Shown in pieces: positions 19,403-28,153 of a stretch of 64,000 nt of DNA. Positions within the stretch are counted from its first letter, which is position 1; every line of letters begins with the position of its first letter. The stretch lies in the sequence record ON000910.1; one strand, 5' to 3'. The notes under the pieces were generated by a model that searched no databases, was not told the DNA's origin, and worked only from the letters and a program-made list of their open reading frames with translations. A program made the translations under genes and the position numbers.

Positions 19403-20353
19403 TTATACGAAAGTACACTCAAGCATGATTTGAACAAGCGTGTACGCTAGTAGAATTTCAGTATCGACACAAGTTGTAGCGTTGTTGTTTGCTTCGCCTA
19501 CAATTTGAATGAATGTCGGGATGCTATTACCGTCTAAGTCAGTATATGCCGCTTTGTAAAGATTATGTAGAAACGACGCAAGATCTCCAGAGTATTTCGG
19601 AATCAGACCGCGAATCGTTTTGAAGTCTTTCGATTTCAAAGCCGCAATCATTTCAGAAATATCATCGTTTGCTGTGATCTCTGAAAGAATACCTTCGTCG
19701 ATAACACCTTTACGAGAATAATTCTGCAACGCAACAACAGTTTTACGATTGTCTGGGTAATTGCGTTTTACAAGCTCTTTCAACACCGCTGCATTGGTCA
19801 CAGAAATGCCTTCTTGCTTACAAATACTCATCGAACGCAGAATCATTTGCTTGATACACGATAGTCGCTCGTCTTTGTCGTATACAAACTCGAATGTCTG
19901 TAGACGTGAACGAATCGGTGTTAAGATTTTCTGAGAATAGTTACATGTCAGAATAAAGCGAACGTTTTTGCTGTATTGCTCAATCAAACCACGTAGTGCT
20001 TTCTGAGCATCTGGTGTTAAGTTGTCTGCCTCATCAAGAATGATTGCTTTTGGCTTACCAGAGAATGATACAGTCGAACAGAATGCAGGTAAATCGTTCT
20101 GTACAAGCTTGATGCCGCGACTAGATGATGCGTTAATGAAAAGCACTTCATAACCCATATCTGCAAGCACAGCACGCGCAACAGTCGTTTTACCAGTACC
20201 AGGTGAAGAACTTGCTAACAGCATGTTTGGGATTTCACCCGAATCAATCATCGCTTGAAAGTGTTCACGCACGCGCTCGGGTAATACACAGTCGTTGATT
20301 GTTTGTGGACGGTAGCGTTGTTCCCATAGAAGTTCTTTCGGATCAAAATTCAT
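19403..20353 (-). CDS. 44: Clamp loader large subunit
   Basis: WEQRYRP, SPGTGKTT, ILDEAD. Confidence 0.97.
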   Translation of the reverse strand: MNFDPKELLWEQRYRPQTINDCVLPERVREHFQAMIDSGEIPNMLLASSSPGTGKTTVARAVLADMGYEVLFINASSSRGIKLVQNDLPAFCSTVSFSGKPKAIILDEADNLTPDAQKALRGLIEQYSKNVRFILTCNYSQKILTPIRSRLQTFEFVYDKDERLSCIKQMILRSMSICKQEGISVTNAAVLKELVKRNYPDNRKTVVALQNYSRKGVIDEGILSEITANDDISEMIAALKSKDFKTIRGLIPKYSGDLASFLHNLYKAAYTDLDGNSIPTFIQIVGEANNNATTCVDTEILLAYTLVQIMLECTFV

Positions 20354-20380
20354 TTAGTCGTTTCCCATAATAAAATTTTC

Positions 20381-20404
20381 AAAAAAAGGGGCTTTGCAGC
20401 CCCG
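20381..20404 (-). terminator. Terminator after gene 45
   Basis: GGGGC-tgcaaa-GCCCC plus T7. Confidence 0.8.
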
Positions 20405-20420
20405 ATAACTTACAAATAAC

Positions 20421-21086
20421 TTAAAGTGCTTCGGTTGCAATGAAGTACTCAAGGGATAGACCCAAGAAGCGAGAAATACCCGCTGGGTGAATCGAAACTT
20501 TGTAGTCTTGGTCAACGATGTTCAAACGCTCTGCTTTGAAGAAGAACTTGAATTCAACGTCTGATTCAACTTCACCAACGTTGATTTCAAACGTGTGTTT
20601 GCTTGAACCTTGTGCATCAGTAGCTGATAGCGTGATTGCAGTGCTACCCGCTTCAGTTCGAACACAAATGTCAGAAAGACCTAGTGTCGCAGACGCTTTT
20701 TTAACGCGCTGTAGATCTTCACCTTTGAGATCAAACTCAGCACCGCCGTCTAGTTCAGTAGGGAAGTTTACTTTTTCAGGTGCTTCAGTTACAAACTCAG
20801 CGTTTGCATATTGGAACGTAAGCTTCGTACCACCATCACCAGTAACGACAACGTATTTTTCTTGGAAATCAAGTTCAGCATTGTCAAGCAAGTTCAACGC
20901 GCTTAGAAACTCACCCAGATCGTACACTGCAAACTCTACAGGGAACGAATCTTCGATGTCAGCGTAAGCGATTTGCTTGTTCAAGTTGTCTTGAGTACGT
21001 AGTCGAGAACCTTGATGGATAACCATGCCGTTGTTGATGCCTGCAAAGTTTTTCAGTACTTCGATTGTAGATTTAGATAGTTTCAT
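20421..21086 (-). CDS. 45: Sliding clamp
   Basis: MKLSKSTIEVLKNFAGIN, IYDL-like AVYDLGEFL. Confidence 0.95.
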   Translation of the reverse strand: MKLSKSTIEVLKNFAGINNGMVIHQGSRLRTQDNLNKQIAYADIEDSFPVEFAVYDLGEFLSALNLLDNAELDFQEKYVVVTGDGGTKLTFQYANAEFVTEAPEKVNFPTELDGGAEFDLKGEDLQRVKKASATLGLSDICVRTEAGSTAITLSATDAQGSSKHTFEINVGEVESDVEFKFFFKAERLNIVDQDYKVSIHPAGISRFLGLSLEYFIATEAL

Positions 21087-21120
21087 TCTTTTACCTTCAA
21101 GATTATGATATTTTATTCAA

Positions 21121-21387
21121 TTAAAGTTTAAAGCCACGTTCAGTATATTCAAAGTTATACTCGTAAGCAGTAAAGTAGTCGTCTAGACCAGATGTGATTT
21201 TCAACCAACGCTCTTTACCGAACGCTTCTAGTAGTTGAGCCTCAGGGATGATTTTTTCTTCGCCAGTGAATGCATCAATGATAACCCAATGTTTTATCTC
21301 TGGCATAGATTGATAATTGTCTAAGTTCATTTGCATTTCCTCAATAGCTGCGCTTATATTAGCACGGCTATTTACCGGTCTAAACAC
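21121..21387 (-). CDS. Hypothetical protein (45.2/rpbA position)
   Basis: Synteny only; no RpbA resemblance recognised. Confidence 0.6.
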   Translation of the reverse strand: MFRPVNSRANISAAIEEMQMNLDNYQSMPEIKHWVIIDAFTGEEKIIPEAQLLEAFGKERWLKITSGLDDYFTAYEYNFEYTERGFKL

Positions 21388-21851
21388 TATTGAATGAAGA
21401 AAAACGCAGTTTTCTTGTTAAACTCACGATGCAAAATATGCATCAATTCATCTACTTTCGTAGATACACCGCGAATGCGTTGTTCAGCAAACGAATATGT
21501 GTCAAACAAGATGATGTCTGGCATATTTGCATTGCCACGACCTACGAATGCGTTGTGATAAACCCCATCACGAACGATCTTGTCATAAGTCGTTGCCATG
21601 TCATGATTACAACCACGGCGATTCATCGAACGATTTAATTCGTTGTAATAGACTTCAAGCACATTGAAACCTTCGCGTCGTAGACGCTCTGCGGCTTTTA
21701 CCATCGAAGTTGTATGACCAGTCGCACGACCGAGCATAAAGCGCCCGATCTTCGTTTCTGGACATTCTGTGTGTGTGTCGTTAAGTAAAAGATACTTACA
21801 CATCGTGTAAATATCTTCACTGTAATCGACCGTCATCGGTACGAGTTTCAT
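21387..21851 (-). CDS. Hypothetical protein with degenerate P-loop-like motifs
   Basis: GRATGHTT and IILFD. Confidence 0.55.
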   Translation of the reverse strand: MKLVPMTVDYSEDIYTMCKYLLLNDTHTECPETKIGRFMLGRATGHTTSMVKAAERLRREGFNVLEVYYNELNRSMNRRGCNHDMATTYDKIVRDGVYHNAFVGRGNANMPDIILFDTYSFAEQRIRGVSTKVDELMHILHREFNKKTAFFFIQ

Positions 21852-24085
21852 TTGACCTCTCTTGTGAAATTACCTTTCTTGGCAAATTTAATATGCTTAT
21901 CAAACATGCTTTGTTCATGCTTCTCACTGTGTGAGATGATAAACACGTTATCTTGAATACTGCTCAAGATTTGATTGATAGAATCAACACCATCAGTATC
22001 AGCAGCCGAATCAAATACTTCATCGAGTACTAATAGGTTGGTCATCGAACCTGTACGAGCACTTACTAAGTCACGGAACGCGAATAGCAATGCCAAGTCA
22101 ATACGACAACGTTCACCTTGAGAGAATGACGTGTAACTAAAGTCGTCACGACCACGAGATTTAATCGTCTCGTTGAATTCTTCATCAAGAACAAAGTTGT
22201 AGTTTGCATTCATAGTCTTCAAGTAGTCATTGATATACTTGTTGATCATCGGAATGTACTGGCGAACGATCATCGACTTCACGCCGTCATCTTTCAATAA
22301 TGTACCAACGATGGTACGACAGTGCTTAGTCTGCAAATCATTTTGCAAGCCTGCTTTCACTTCACGAACTTCAGCAGTCAGTTTCTTGATCAGCGCCGAG
22401 CGATCTTCCGTTGCAGCTTTCGCTTTTACGTCTTCAATGTCTGCATTGATAGTCGCAATCTTGGACGTCAAGTTCTGCTCGTTAGTTATTGCTTTCGCTA
22501 ATTCAGCTTTGTCTTTAGCGATGTTATTCGCTAATTCTTCGCGTTCACTCGCACCCTTATCGGTCAATGACGCTTTGATGTCAGCAAACTGCGCAACTGA
22601 TTCTGCACGAGCTTTAGATTGTTCTTCACGTAACAACGTCAGTGTATCGTTGAAAATACTGGTTTTCTTCGACATTTCTTCACGCTGCGCTTCGATTACT
22701 TCAGCACGCTTCTCTGATTGCTTTTTAACAAGCACAGAACGCTCTGTACGCTGTTTCTCATCTAAAGCTGAACGTTCACTCGCACGAGTGCTAATATACT
22801 CACTACGAGCTTTAGACTGCGCTTGAGCAGCACGAATCTTTTCAGCAAGTGCTTTGCTTTCTTCAGTAAGAGTTGCGATCTGCGAATCAGCCATATCAAT
22901 GACACTTTGCGCGAAATCAGACGAAATTGTTTGCTTACACGTCGAACATTCACAGTCACCGTTCTTCTCAAAGAATTCTTTATTCTCTTTGAGCTTCGCG
23001 ATTTCTTTCTTGTTGCTCAACACCGTCGAAGTATCAGCAGCAATAGCATCAGCATCGGGTGCTTCTGGTGTGTTTTTCTCGGTCTCTTTATCGAAATCAA
23101 TCAATTCTTGTGAGTGTTCTTTGTCGAGGTCGAGAACTTCTTGTTCATTCAGCTCGTCGATTACGTTCTGTTCGCTTGTTTGCTTCGCCTTGAGTTCATC
23201 AAGTTCTTCTTTCTGTTTAGATTCGATCTCGTTGATATTGGCACGATGCTCAGAATCTAACGTAGCAAGTTCAGTTTCGTGCTCTTCTTCTGCCGCTGAC
23301 AGCTCAAAATCAAGCTTCTGTTTCAGATCACGTAGAATCTTACTATCGCCGCTGATTTGATTTTCAAGCTCTGCGATTGCAATACCAATAGGTACAAGCT
23401 CTGCTTCAGCTTCTTTCTTACGCGCTTCAAGTTGCGCAAGATCACCATCACGATTATCTTGTTGTTCTTTCTGAAACTGAATGTGGAGTTTAAGCTCACC
23501 CATTCGACGTTCGATTTCAGCTTCGGTATCTTTGATCTTCTCATTGAGTTGTTTCAGCGCAACTTTGTTCAACGCTGCCATATCACTGAAGATACCGATA
23601 TCAAGCAAGTCTTCTACGATTTCACGACGTTTACCCGCAGGTAAAAGCATAAATGGAGTATAACCCGCTGTGCCTAGCACCGCAATCTGTTTAAACGTGC
23701 TTAGACTCATTTTCAAGATGTTCTTTTCGAGCATGTCTTGATAATCAGCAACAGCAGCTTCTTGCGGGATTAGTTCATCGTCTTTGTAGATTTCGAACTT
23801 GTTTGGTTTAATACCGCGAATGATTTTATAAACATGCTTATTGTCTTGAAATGTAATTTCAACCAATAGCTTTTTCTTATTCACGGCGTTGACTATCTGA
23901 GTCTTTTTGATATTACGGAATGGTTTACCGTACAACGCGAAACAAACTGCTTCGATAAACGTCGATTTACCAGCACCGTTTGTACCAGTAATCAATGTCT
24001 TATTAAACTCAGATAAATCTACTGTAATAGGCGTGTTGCCTACTGACATGATATTACTATATGTTACGTCTTTAAACTTAATCAT
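21848..24085 (-). CDS. 46: Recombination endonuclease ATPase subunit (Rad50/SbcC-like)
   Basis: GTNGAGKS, FSQGE, LDEVFD, ISH; Zn-hook CSTC. Confidence 0.97.
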   Translation of the reverse strand: MIKFKDVTYSNIMSVGNTPITVDLSEFNKTLITGTNGAGKSTFIEAVCFALYGKPFRNIKKTQIVNAVNKKKLLVEITFQDNKHVYKIIRGIKPNKFEIYKDDELIPQEAAVADYQDMLEKNILKMSLSTFKQIAVLGTAGYTPFMLLPAGKRREIVEDLLDIGIFSDMAALNKVALKQLNEKIKDTEAEIERRMGELKLHIQFQKEQQDNRDGDLAQLEARKKEAEAELVPIGIAIAELENQISGDSKILRDLKQKLDFELSAAEEEHETELATLDSEHRANINEIESKQKEELDELKAKQTSEQNVIDELNEQEVLDLDKEHSQELIDFDKETEKNTPEAPDADAIAADTSTVLSNKKEIAKLKENKEFFEKNGDCECSTCKQTISSDFAQSVIDMADSQIATLTEESKALAEKIRAAQAQSKARSEYISTRASERSALDEKQRTERSVLVKKQSEKRAEVIEAQREEMSKKTSIFNDTLTLLREEQSKARAESVAQFADIKASLTDKGASEREELANNIAKDKAELAKAITNEQNLTSKIATINADIEDVKAKAATEDRSALIKKLTAEVREVKAGLQNDLQTKHCRTIVGTLLKDDGVKSMIVRQYIPMINKYINDYLKTMNANYNFVLDEEFNETIKSRGRDDFSYTSFSQGERCRIDLALLFAFRDLVSARTGSMTNLLVLDEVFDSAADTDGVDSINQILSSIQDNVFIISHSEKHEQSMFDKHIKFAKKGNFTREVK

Positions 24086-24302
24086 TGGCTATTTCATCCC
24101 ATCGGTCAACTGCTTCTTCTTTAGTAGAACCATAGACGACTAGACTATGCTCAACGAAAGGAGGAGTGCGCTGATCATCATCGTCGTTGTCACATTCAAC
24201 AATCCACGCTGTGAAACTACACCCATTTGCCATTACTGGCGCCTTATGAATAAACGGAAGTTTGCCGCAGATTTTACAAGGACTTACTAATTCACGTTCC
24301 AT
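24078..24302 (-). CDS. Lar-like (restriction alleviation family) small Zn-binding protein
   Basis: PCKICG...WIVEC...STKEEAVDRW pattern. Confidence 0.55.
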   Translation of the reverse strand: MERELVSPCKICGKLPFIHKAPVMANGCSFTAWIVECDNDDDDQRTPPFVEHSLVVYGSTKEEAVDRWDEIAND

Positions 24303-25345
24303 TATGCATTCTCCAAAGCTTCAGCACGAAGCGCCGAGAAGATAGATTTAACTTTCGTCTTAACTTCAGTCGATTCGTCAAGCGTATCTGCATACTCAGC
24401 AACATAGTCGTCAATGTCTTTGATCGATTTGATGTCTTCAGCAACATCTTTCTTGATATCTAATTCATCAAGTGTTTGACACGCATGTGCGATTTGTGCA
24501 ATACGGTCTTCGACGACATCAAACGAGATTTCTCGCTTGTCGCTTGAACGACGTTCAACGATAATCTTGACGTTACGGTTTTCATAGCTCGGGATTGTTT
24601 TCGGGTCAAACGTCTCGGCATCAAAGTAAAGCTTTGTATGCCAACAGTTAGGGTTCTCGATAAACTCCATTTCATGAGTTTCAGTGTCGAACAACCAAAA
24701 ACCACGCTTGTCGTCAGCATCTGCAAGTGTCAATGTATATGGAGTACCAAGATACTTGATATTACCCGCTTCAGACTGAGTATGAAAGTGCCCAGACCAT
24801 ACTTGCTTGTACTTCTTCAAGAAGCCAGCATCAAGACAGCCCGTTGCTTTCTGACCGCGATGAAATTCAAAACCATTTAGTTCGAAGTGACCGACACAGT
24901 ATTCAGATGTCGAATTTTTGATGAATTCATCGATTTCAACCGCATTTTCTTTACAAATCCACGGAATAATGTCGATTTTCACGCCATCAAACTCAACCGT
25001 TGTCGGTTTTTCATAGATAGTCACATCAGGGACAATGCTCAGTACTTCATACGGTGTATTAGGTACAATGCATTCACGCAAGTGCATGTCATGGTTACCC
25101 ACTAGAACGTGAGTGTCATATCCCTTCAGCATGCCATTTAGATACGTTCGCTGAAACATCAATGTTTCTTGAGTCGCACCGCGTCGAACATCAAACCAGT
25201 CGCCTAGCTGAATGATCTGTTTTACACCGCGCTCTTCAAGTTCAGCAAACATAAAATCGAAGAATTCTCGTTGGTAGTTTTGAACCCACAAGTCGTCATC
25301 TTTAATGCCGATATGTAAGTCACCAACCAGTGCTATTTTGCTCAT
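24302..25345 (-). CDS. 47: Recombination endonuclease nuclease subunit (Mre11/SbcD-like)
   Basis: GDLHIG, GDWFD, GNHD, GHFH. Confidence 0.96.
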   Translation of the reverse strand: MSKIALVGDLHIGIKDDDLWVQNYQREFFDFMFAELEERGVKQIIQLGDWFDVRRGATQETLMFQRTYLNGMLKGYDTHVLVGNHDMHLRECIVPNTPYEVLSIVPDVTIYEKPTTVEFDGVKIDIIPWICKENAVEIDEFIKNSTSEYCVGHFELNGFEFHRGQKATGCLDAGFLKKYKQVWSGHFHTQSEAGNIKYLGTPYTLTLADADDKRGFWLFDTETHEMEFIENPNCWHTKLYFDAETFDPKTIPSYENRNVKIIVERRSSDKREISFDVVEDRIAQIAHACQTLDELDIKKDVAEDIKSIKDIDDYVAEYADTLDESTEVKTKVKSIFSALRAEALENA

Positions 25346-25851
25346 TTTTTCTCACTCGTAAGGTAAGTCACAACCGAAGCCCAATCAGGGAATTCGTCTG
25401 TGCCAAAGTGAATGTGTTCGCCCATAAACTCACCTGCACCGTTTTTAGTGCGGTCGTCGATGAGATAATGACCGAAGTTTAACTGCTTATTGTGTGACAA
25501 GATCAGTCGTTTGTAAGCGCCTTTACCTAAGTAACGCTCAACCCACAATCGTTTATCTTGCCATGCACCGGGATTATCCCACGGTGCGGTAGACAGTATA
25601 TAGCAATCGAAGTGTTTGTTCAACATTTCAAATGCAGAAACTGCACCGTTGAGTGGTTTCATGTGAGAGAAAATACCCGGGCATTCATCGTAGCGACCTT
25701 CATATTGATTGCGCTCCCAGATTGAAAGAGCATCAATACCGCTTTTGAAGTCAACAAGCACATTGTCCATGTCAATGTAAACAATCGGCTTTGCTTTCTT
25801 AGCGCGAGTAATCGCACGAATCATCAATTTAACTACGTTCATAAGCTTCAT
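25342..25851 (-). CDS. 5'(3')-deoxyribonucleotidase (HAD family)
   Basis: YIDMDNVLVDF, LIDDR. Confidence 0.85.
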   Translation of the reverse strand: MKLMNVVKLMIRAITRAKKAKPIVYIDMDNVLVDFKSGIDALSIWERNQYEGRYDECPGIFSHMKPLNGAVSAFEMLNKHFDCYILSTAPWDNPGAWQDKRLWVERYLGKGAYKRLILSHNKQLNFGHYLIDDRTKNGAGEFMGEHIHFGTDEFPDWASVVTYLTSEKK

Positions 25852-26296
25852 TCTGCAAATGTTCCCGAATCTCTGTCAATCGGCTACAGAATTCTTGTAC
25901 AGTTAAAACCGTCTCTGCCTGCTTCTTACGCCCGATTGAATGAGTAAGGGTAGCTTTACCAGTAGCAAGCAGTGCCTTTTGAAATTTGACGTTCTGAGCC
26001 AACGCAGCGTACGCATCATCGAGTAACGATTGATAACCAACCGAACCTCTCTGAATCGGCTCACCTTGCCAATAAAGTGTCTGAGTGCGCTGCCAGTTCT
26101 TCTTTGCACCGCGTGCTTTAGCAACTTTACCTACAAGCTTGCAGACTTCACGTTGCATATCAGGGTTTTTAAACTTCAGTGACTGAAGAAACCCTTCCAT
26201 TGAAGCACATTCAACGCCACGCACAGTGAATGCGTGTGGCGCAAAGTTCGACAGCGCACTGGCTGGGTAACCAGCGCCTGATTTGATGTCCATCAC
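25829..26296 (-). CDS. 30.3: NADAR-family protein (T4 gp30.3 homologue)
   Basis: YPASALSNFA, SMEGFLQSLK, TLYWQG, LTHSIG. Confidence 0.85.
   Translation of the reverse strand: MMDIKSGAGYPASALSNFAPHAFTVRGVECASMEGFLQSLKFKNPDMQREVCKLVGKVAKARGAKKNWQRTQTLYWQGEPIQRGSVGYQSLLDDAYAALAQNVKFQKALLATGKATLTHSIGRKKQAETVLTVQEFCSRLTEIREHLQNEAYERS
25903..26124 (-). CDS. Possible nested +1-frame basic ORF (30.3'-like)
   Basis: 73 aa, Arg-rich, TTG start after AGGT, fully inside the 30.3 homologue. Confidence 0.35.
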   Translation of the reverse strand: MLKHAVQRRTGSALRHFIGKVSRFREVRLVINRYSMMRTLRWLRTSNFKRHCLLLVKLPLLIQSGVRSRQRRF

Positions 26297-26643
26297 TGAC
26301 CCGCTTTCGCTTCTGCGAAAGAGCGTACGATAGTCAATACTTGTTCACGACTTGTTTCCCAAAGCGTCTCAAGCACATCGTCACCGACAGTTTGACCAGT
26401 AATAGAACGCAGCTTACGAATTGCGTAGATATAACCCGCTTTGTTCTCTTCAATTAAACACTTTTCAGCGTGCTTACGCAGACGTTTAATCTCACGCGAG
26501 TTCTTTTTGATGCGTCGTTTAGCTTCTTTCTCAATCAAAGCACGGCGTTGAGCGTTAATCTGTTCGAGATATTCTTGTACCTCTTGATCATCGACTACAT
26601 CAACAATTTCGTCGTCTTTAAGTAAATCTGGCTTTTCTTGCAT
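26293..26643 (-). CDS. a-gt.4: Conserved T4-like protein a-gt.4
   Basis: KEAKRRIKKNSREIKRLRKHAE; position between 55 and 47. Confidence 0.75.
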   Translation of the reverse strand: MQEKPDLLKDDEIVDVVDDQEVQEYLEQINAQRRALIEKEAKRRIKKNSREIKRLRKHAEKCLIEENKAGYIYAIRKLRSITGQTVGDDVLETLWETSREQVLTIVRSFAEAKAGQ

Positions 26644-27104
26644 TACTGCTCCTTAGTATCGACCTGAATCTTTAAATGGTCGATGATGAATTGAAATTGT
26701 GTATGTGTTGAAAATGGAAGAATCTTACCATCTTTCTGAGCGTGAAGCTTCAGTTCATGACGATCTTCAGCAATCAATAGTGTATCGCGAGTATGCTCGA
26801 CTTCTTGAAAGTCAGTGTACATTACATCAACGTTTAATTGCTTACCGAGCGTATCAAACCAAGCGCGTTGTTGTTCAGCAATAACCGAAACTTTGCTCAA
26901 AACGGCAATGAATGAAATCTTTTGATTTAAGAGAAAATCAAGGACAGCAGTTGACGGTAGACGCTCATAAAGCTTGACTTCAATTGCTTTATTGAGTACG
27001 TTGTCACGCTCTTTTTTCTCAAGCTGGTCGATTTGAGGCGCACCTGCAATTGCAAACCCAAGAGTGTCATCAGATAGAATGTTGCTCGTTTCAATATAAA
27101 TCAT
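26643..27104 (-). CDS. Hypothetical protein
   Basis: ORF after the promoter GTTTAAC-17-TATAAT (27128-27157). Confidence 0.7.
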   Translation of the reverse strand: MIYIETSNILSDDTLGFAIAGAPQIDQLEKKERDNVLNKAIEVKLYERLPSTAVLDFLLNQKISFIAVLSKVSVIAEQQRAWFDTLGKQLNVDVMYTDFQEVEHTRDTLLIAEDRHELKLHAQKDGKILPFSTHTQFQFIIDHLKIQVDTKEQ

Positions 27105-27151
27105 AATGTTTCCTTCAATGTTTGAGTATTATATCTAACAAATACGAGCAG

Positions 27152-27406
27152 TTAAACTATTCGTTTTGCTCGTTCTGTAAGTGCATCTGAGAATTCCGCT
27201 TCTAATGTTTCTAATGTATCGTCTAATGTTACAGTAACAACACACATAGAGTCAAGAAGAATAAATGTCACTTTTTCTTCGTCTGTCTTGATTGTTAAAT
27301 CTTCGTCAGGCATAATCATGAATTCTCGCGACCAGAATGCGAAAGACGTAGCAGGGCAGTCTAGCATATCACGTACAGTAGTAAGACGAATTGATTCAGT
27401 AATCAT
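27152..27406 (-). CDS. Hypothetical early protein
   Basis: Start at 27406, downstream of the promoter cassette. Confidence 0.7.
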   Translation of the reverse strand: MITESIRLTTVRDMLDCPATSFAFWSREFMIMPDEDLTIKTDEEKVTFILLDSMCVVTVTLDDTLETLEAEFSDALTERAKRIV

Positions 27407-27430
27407 AATGTACTCTTTGTTTTCGTATCT

Positions 27431-27482
27431 CGTTTCGATAGAGCTATAATACGCAAAAAGGGTTGCCGAAGCAACCCTTTTA
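27431..27482 (-). promoter_or_regulatory. Terminator/early-promoter cassette, near-identical to 12681-12731
   Basis: 40 bp identical (27442-27481 vs 12692-12731). Confidence 0.8.
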
Positions 27483-27498
27483 TTCAAATAATTTCAAA

Positions 27499-28146
27499 TT
27501 ATTTTGTCCAAACTACCGAAGCACCTGAACCAGATTTCTTGTAACCGTACTTTGAAAGGTCTGGAATACGTTGAAAGCTGTCTTTCGCTGTAACTACACC
27601 GCGAGTAGCAATTTCTTTAGCCACGTCTCTTGTTGCATTACCTGCTTCAATCTGCATAGACAGATCTGGATATTCTTGAGCAATGAATTGCATCATGATA
27701 TCGTTTTTGCTTTTACCACTGATCACGTTCAACACAGTTTGAGTAATGTCAGTACCGCGAGTGATATGGAAAACTTTACCACGAGCACGAGACTCAACAT
27801 CACGAATAATCTCTGCTTCGACTTCTTCAGGTACAACGTTCAGTACGTAAGAAGTAAACGCCGTATCGAATGATTCCCCATTTGGGATAGTCAGACTGAC
27901 ATCAGTCCAACCATCAGCAGATGTACCATTGAATTTGTCATATGCATACGTTTTGATGCCTTCAGAGCGTAAAAATTCAGCGTTACGACCGTATTTACCA
28001 GCACCATAGTCAAGAGCAGTACCACCCGGTGTAAACATACCTTTTTTGTATAGTTTAACTAGTGCTGCTACTTCTTTACCACGTATCGACGTTGCTGCGG
28101 AACTGTACTTTTGTACTTCAGTTAAAAATTCACCAAATTGCTTCAT
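27499..28146 (-). CDS. Class I SAM-dependent methyltransferase, candidate internal virion protein
   Basis: ALDYGAGKYG motif I, YAYD, YVLNVV; start MKQFGEFLTE at 28146 with AGGTG RBS. Confidence 0.75.
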   Translation of the reverse strand: MKQFGEFLTEVQKYSSAATSIRGKEVAALVKLYKKGMFTPGGTALDYGAGKYGRNAEFLRSEGIKTYAYDKFNGTSADGWTDVSLTIPNGESFDTAFTSYVLNVVPEEVEAEIIRDVESRARGKVFHITRGTDITQTVLNVISGKSKNDIMMQFIAQEYPDLSMQIEAGNATRDVAKEIATRGVVTAKDSFQRIPDLSKYGYKKSGSGASVVWTK

Positions 28147-28153
28147 TGTACAC

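Noticed and set aside
21387-21851. Active helicase or terminase ATPase
   Set aside because: The Walker A Lys is replaced by His and the protein is too short; kept as hypothetical.
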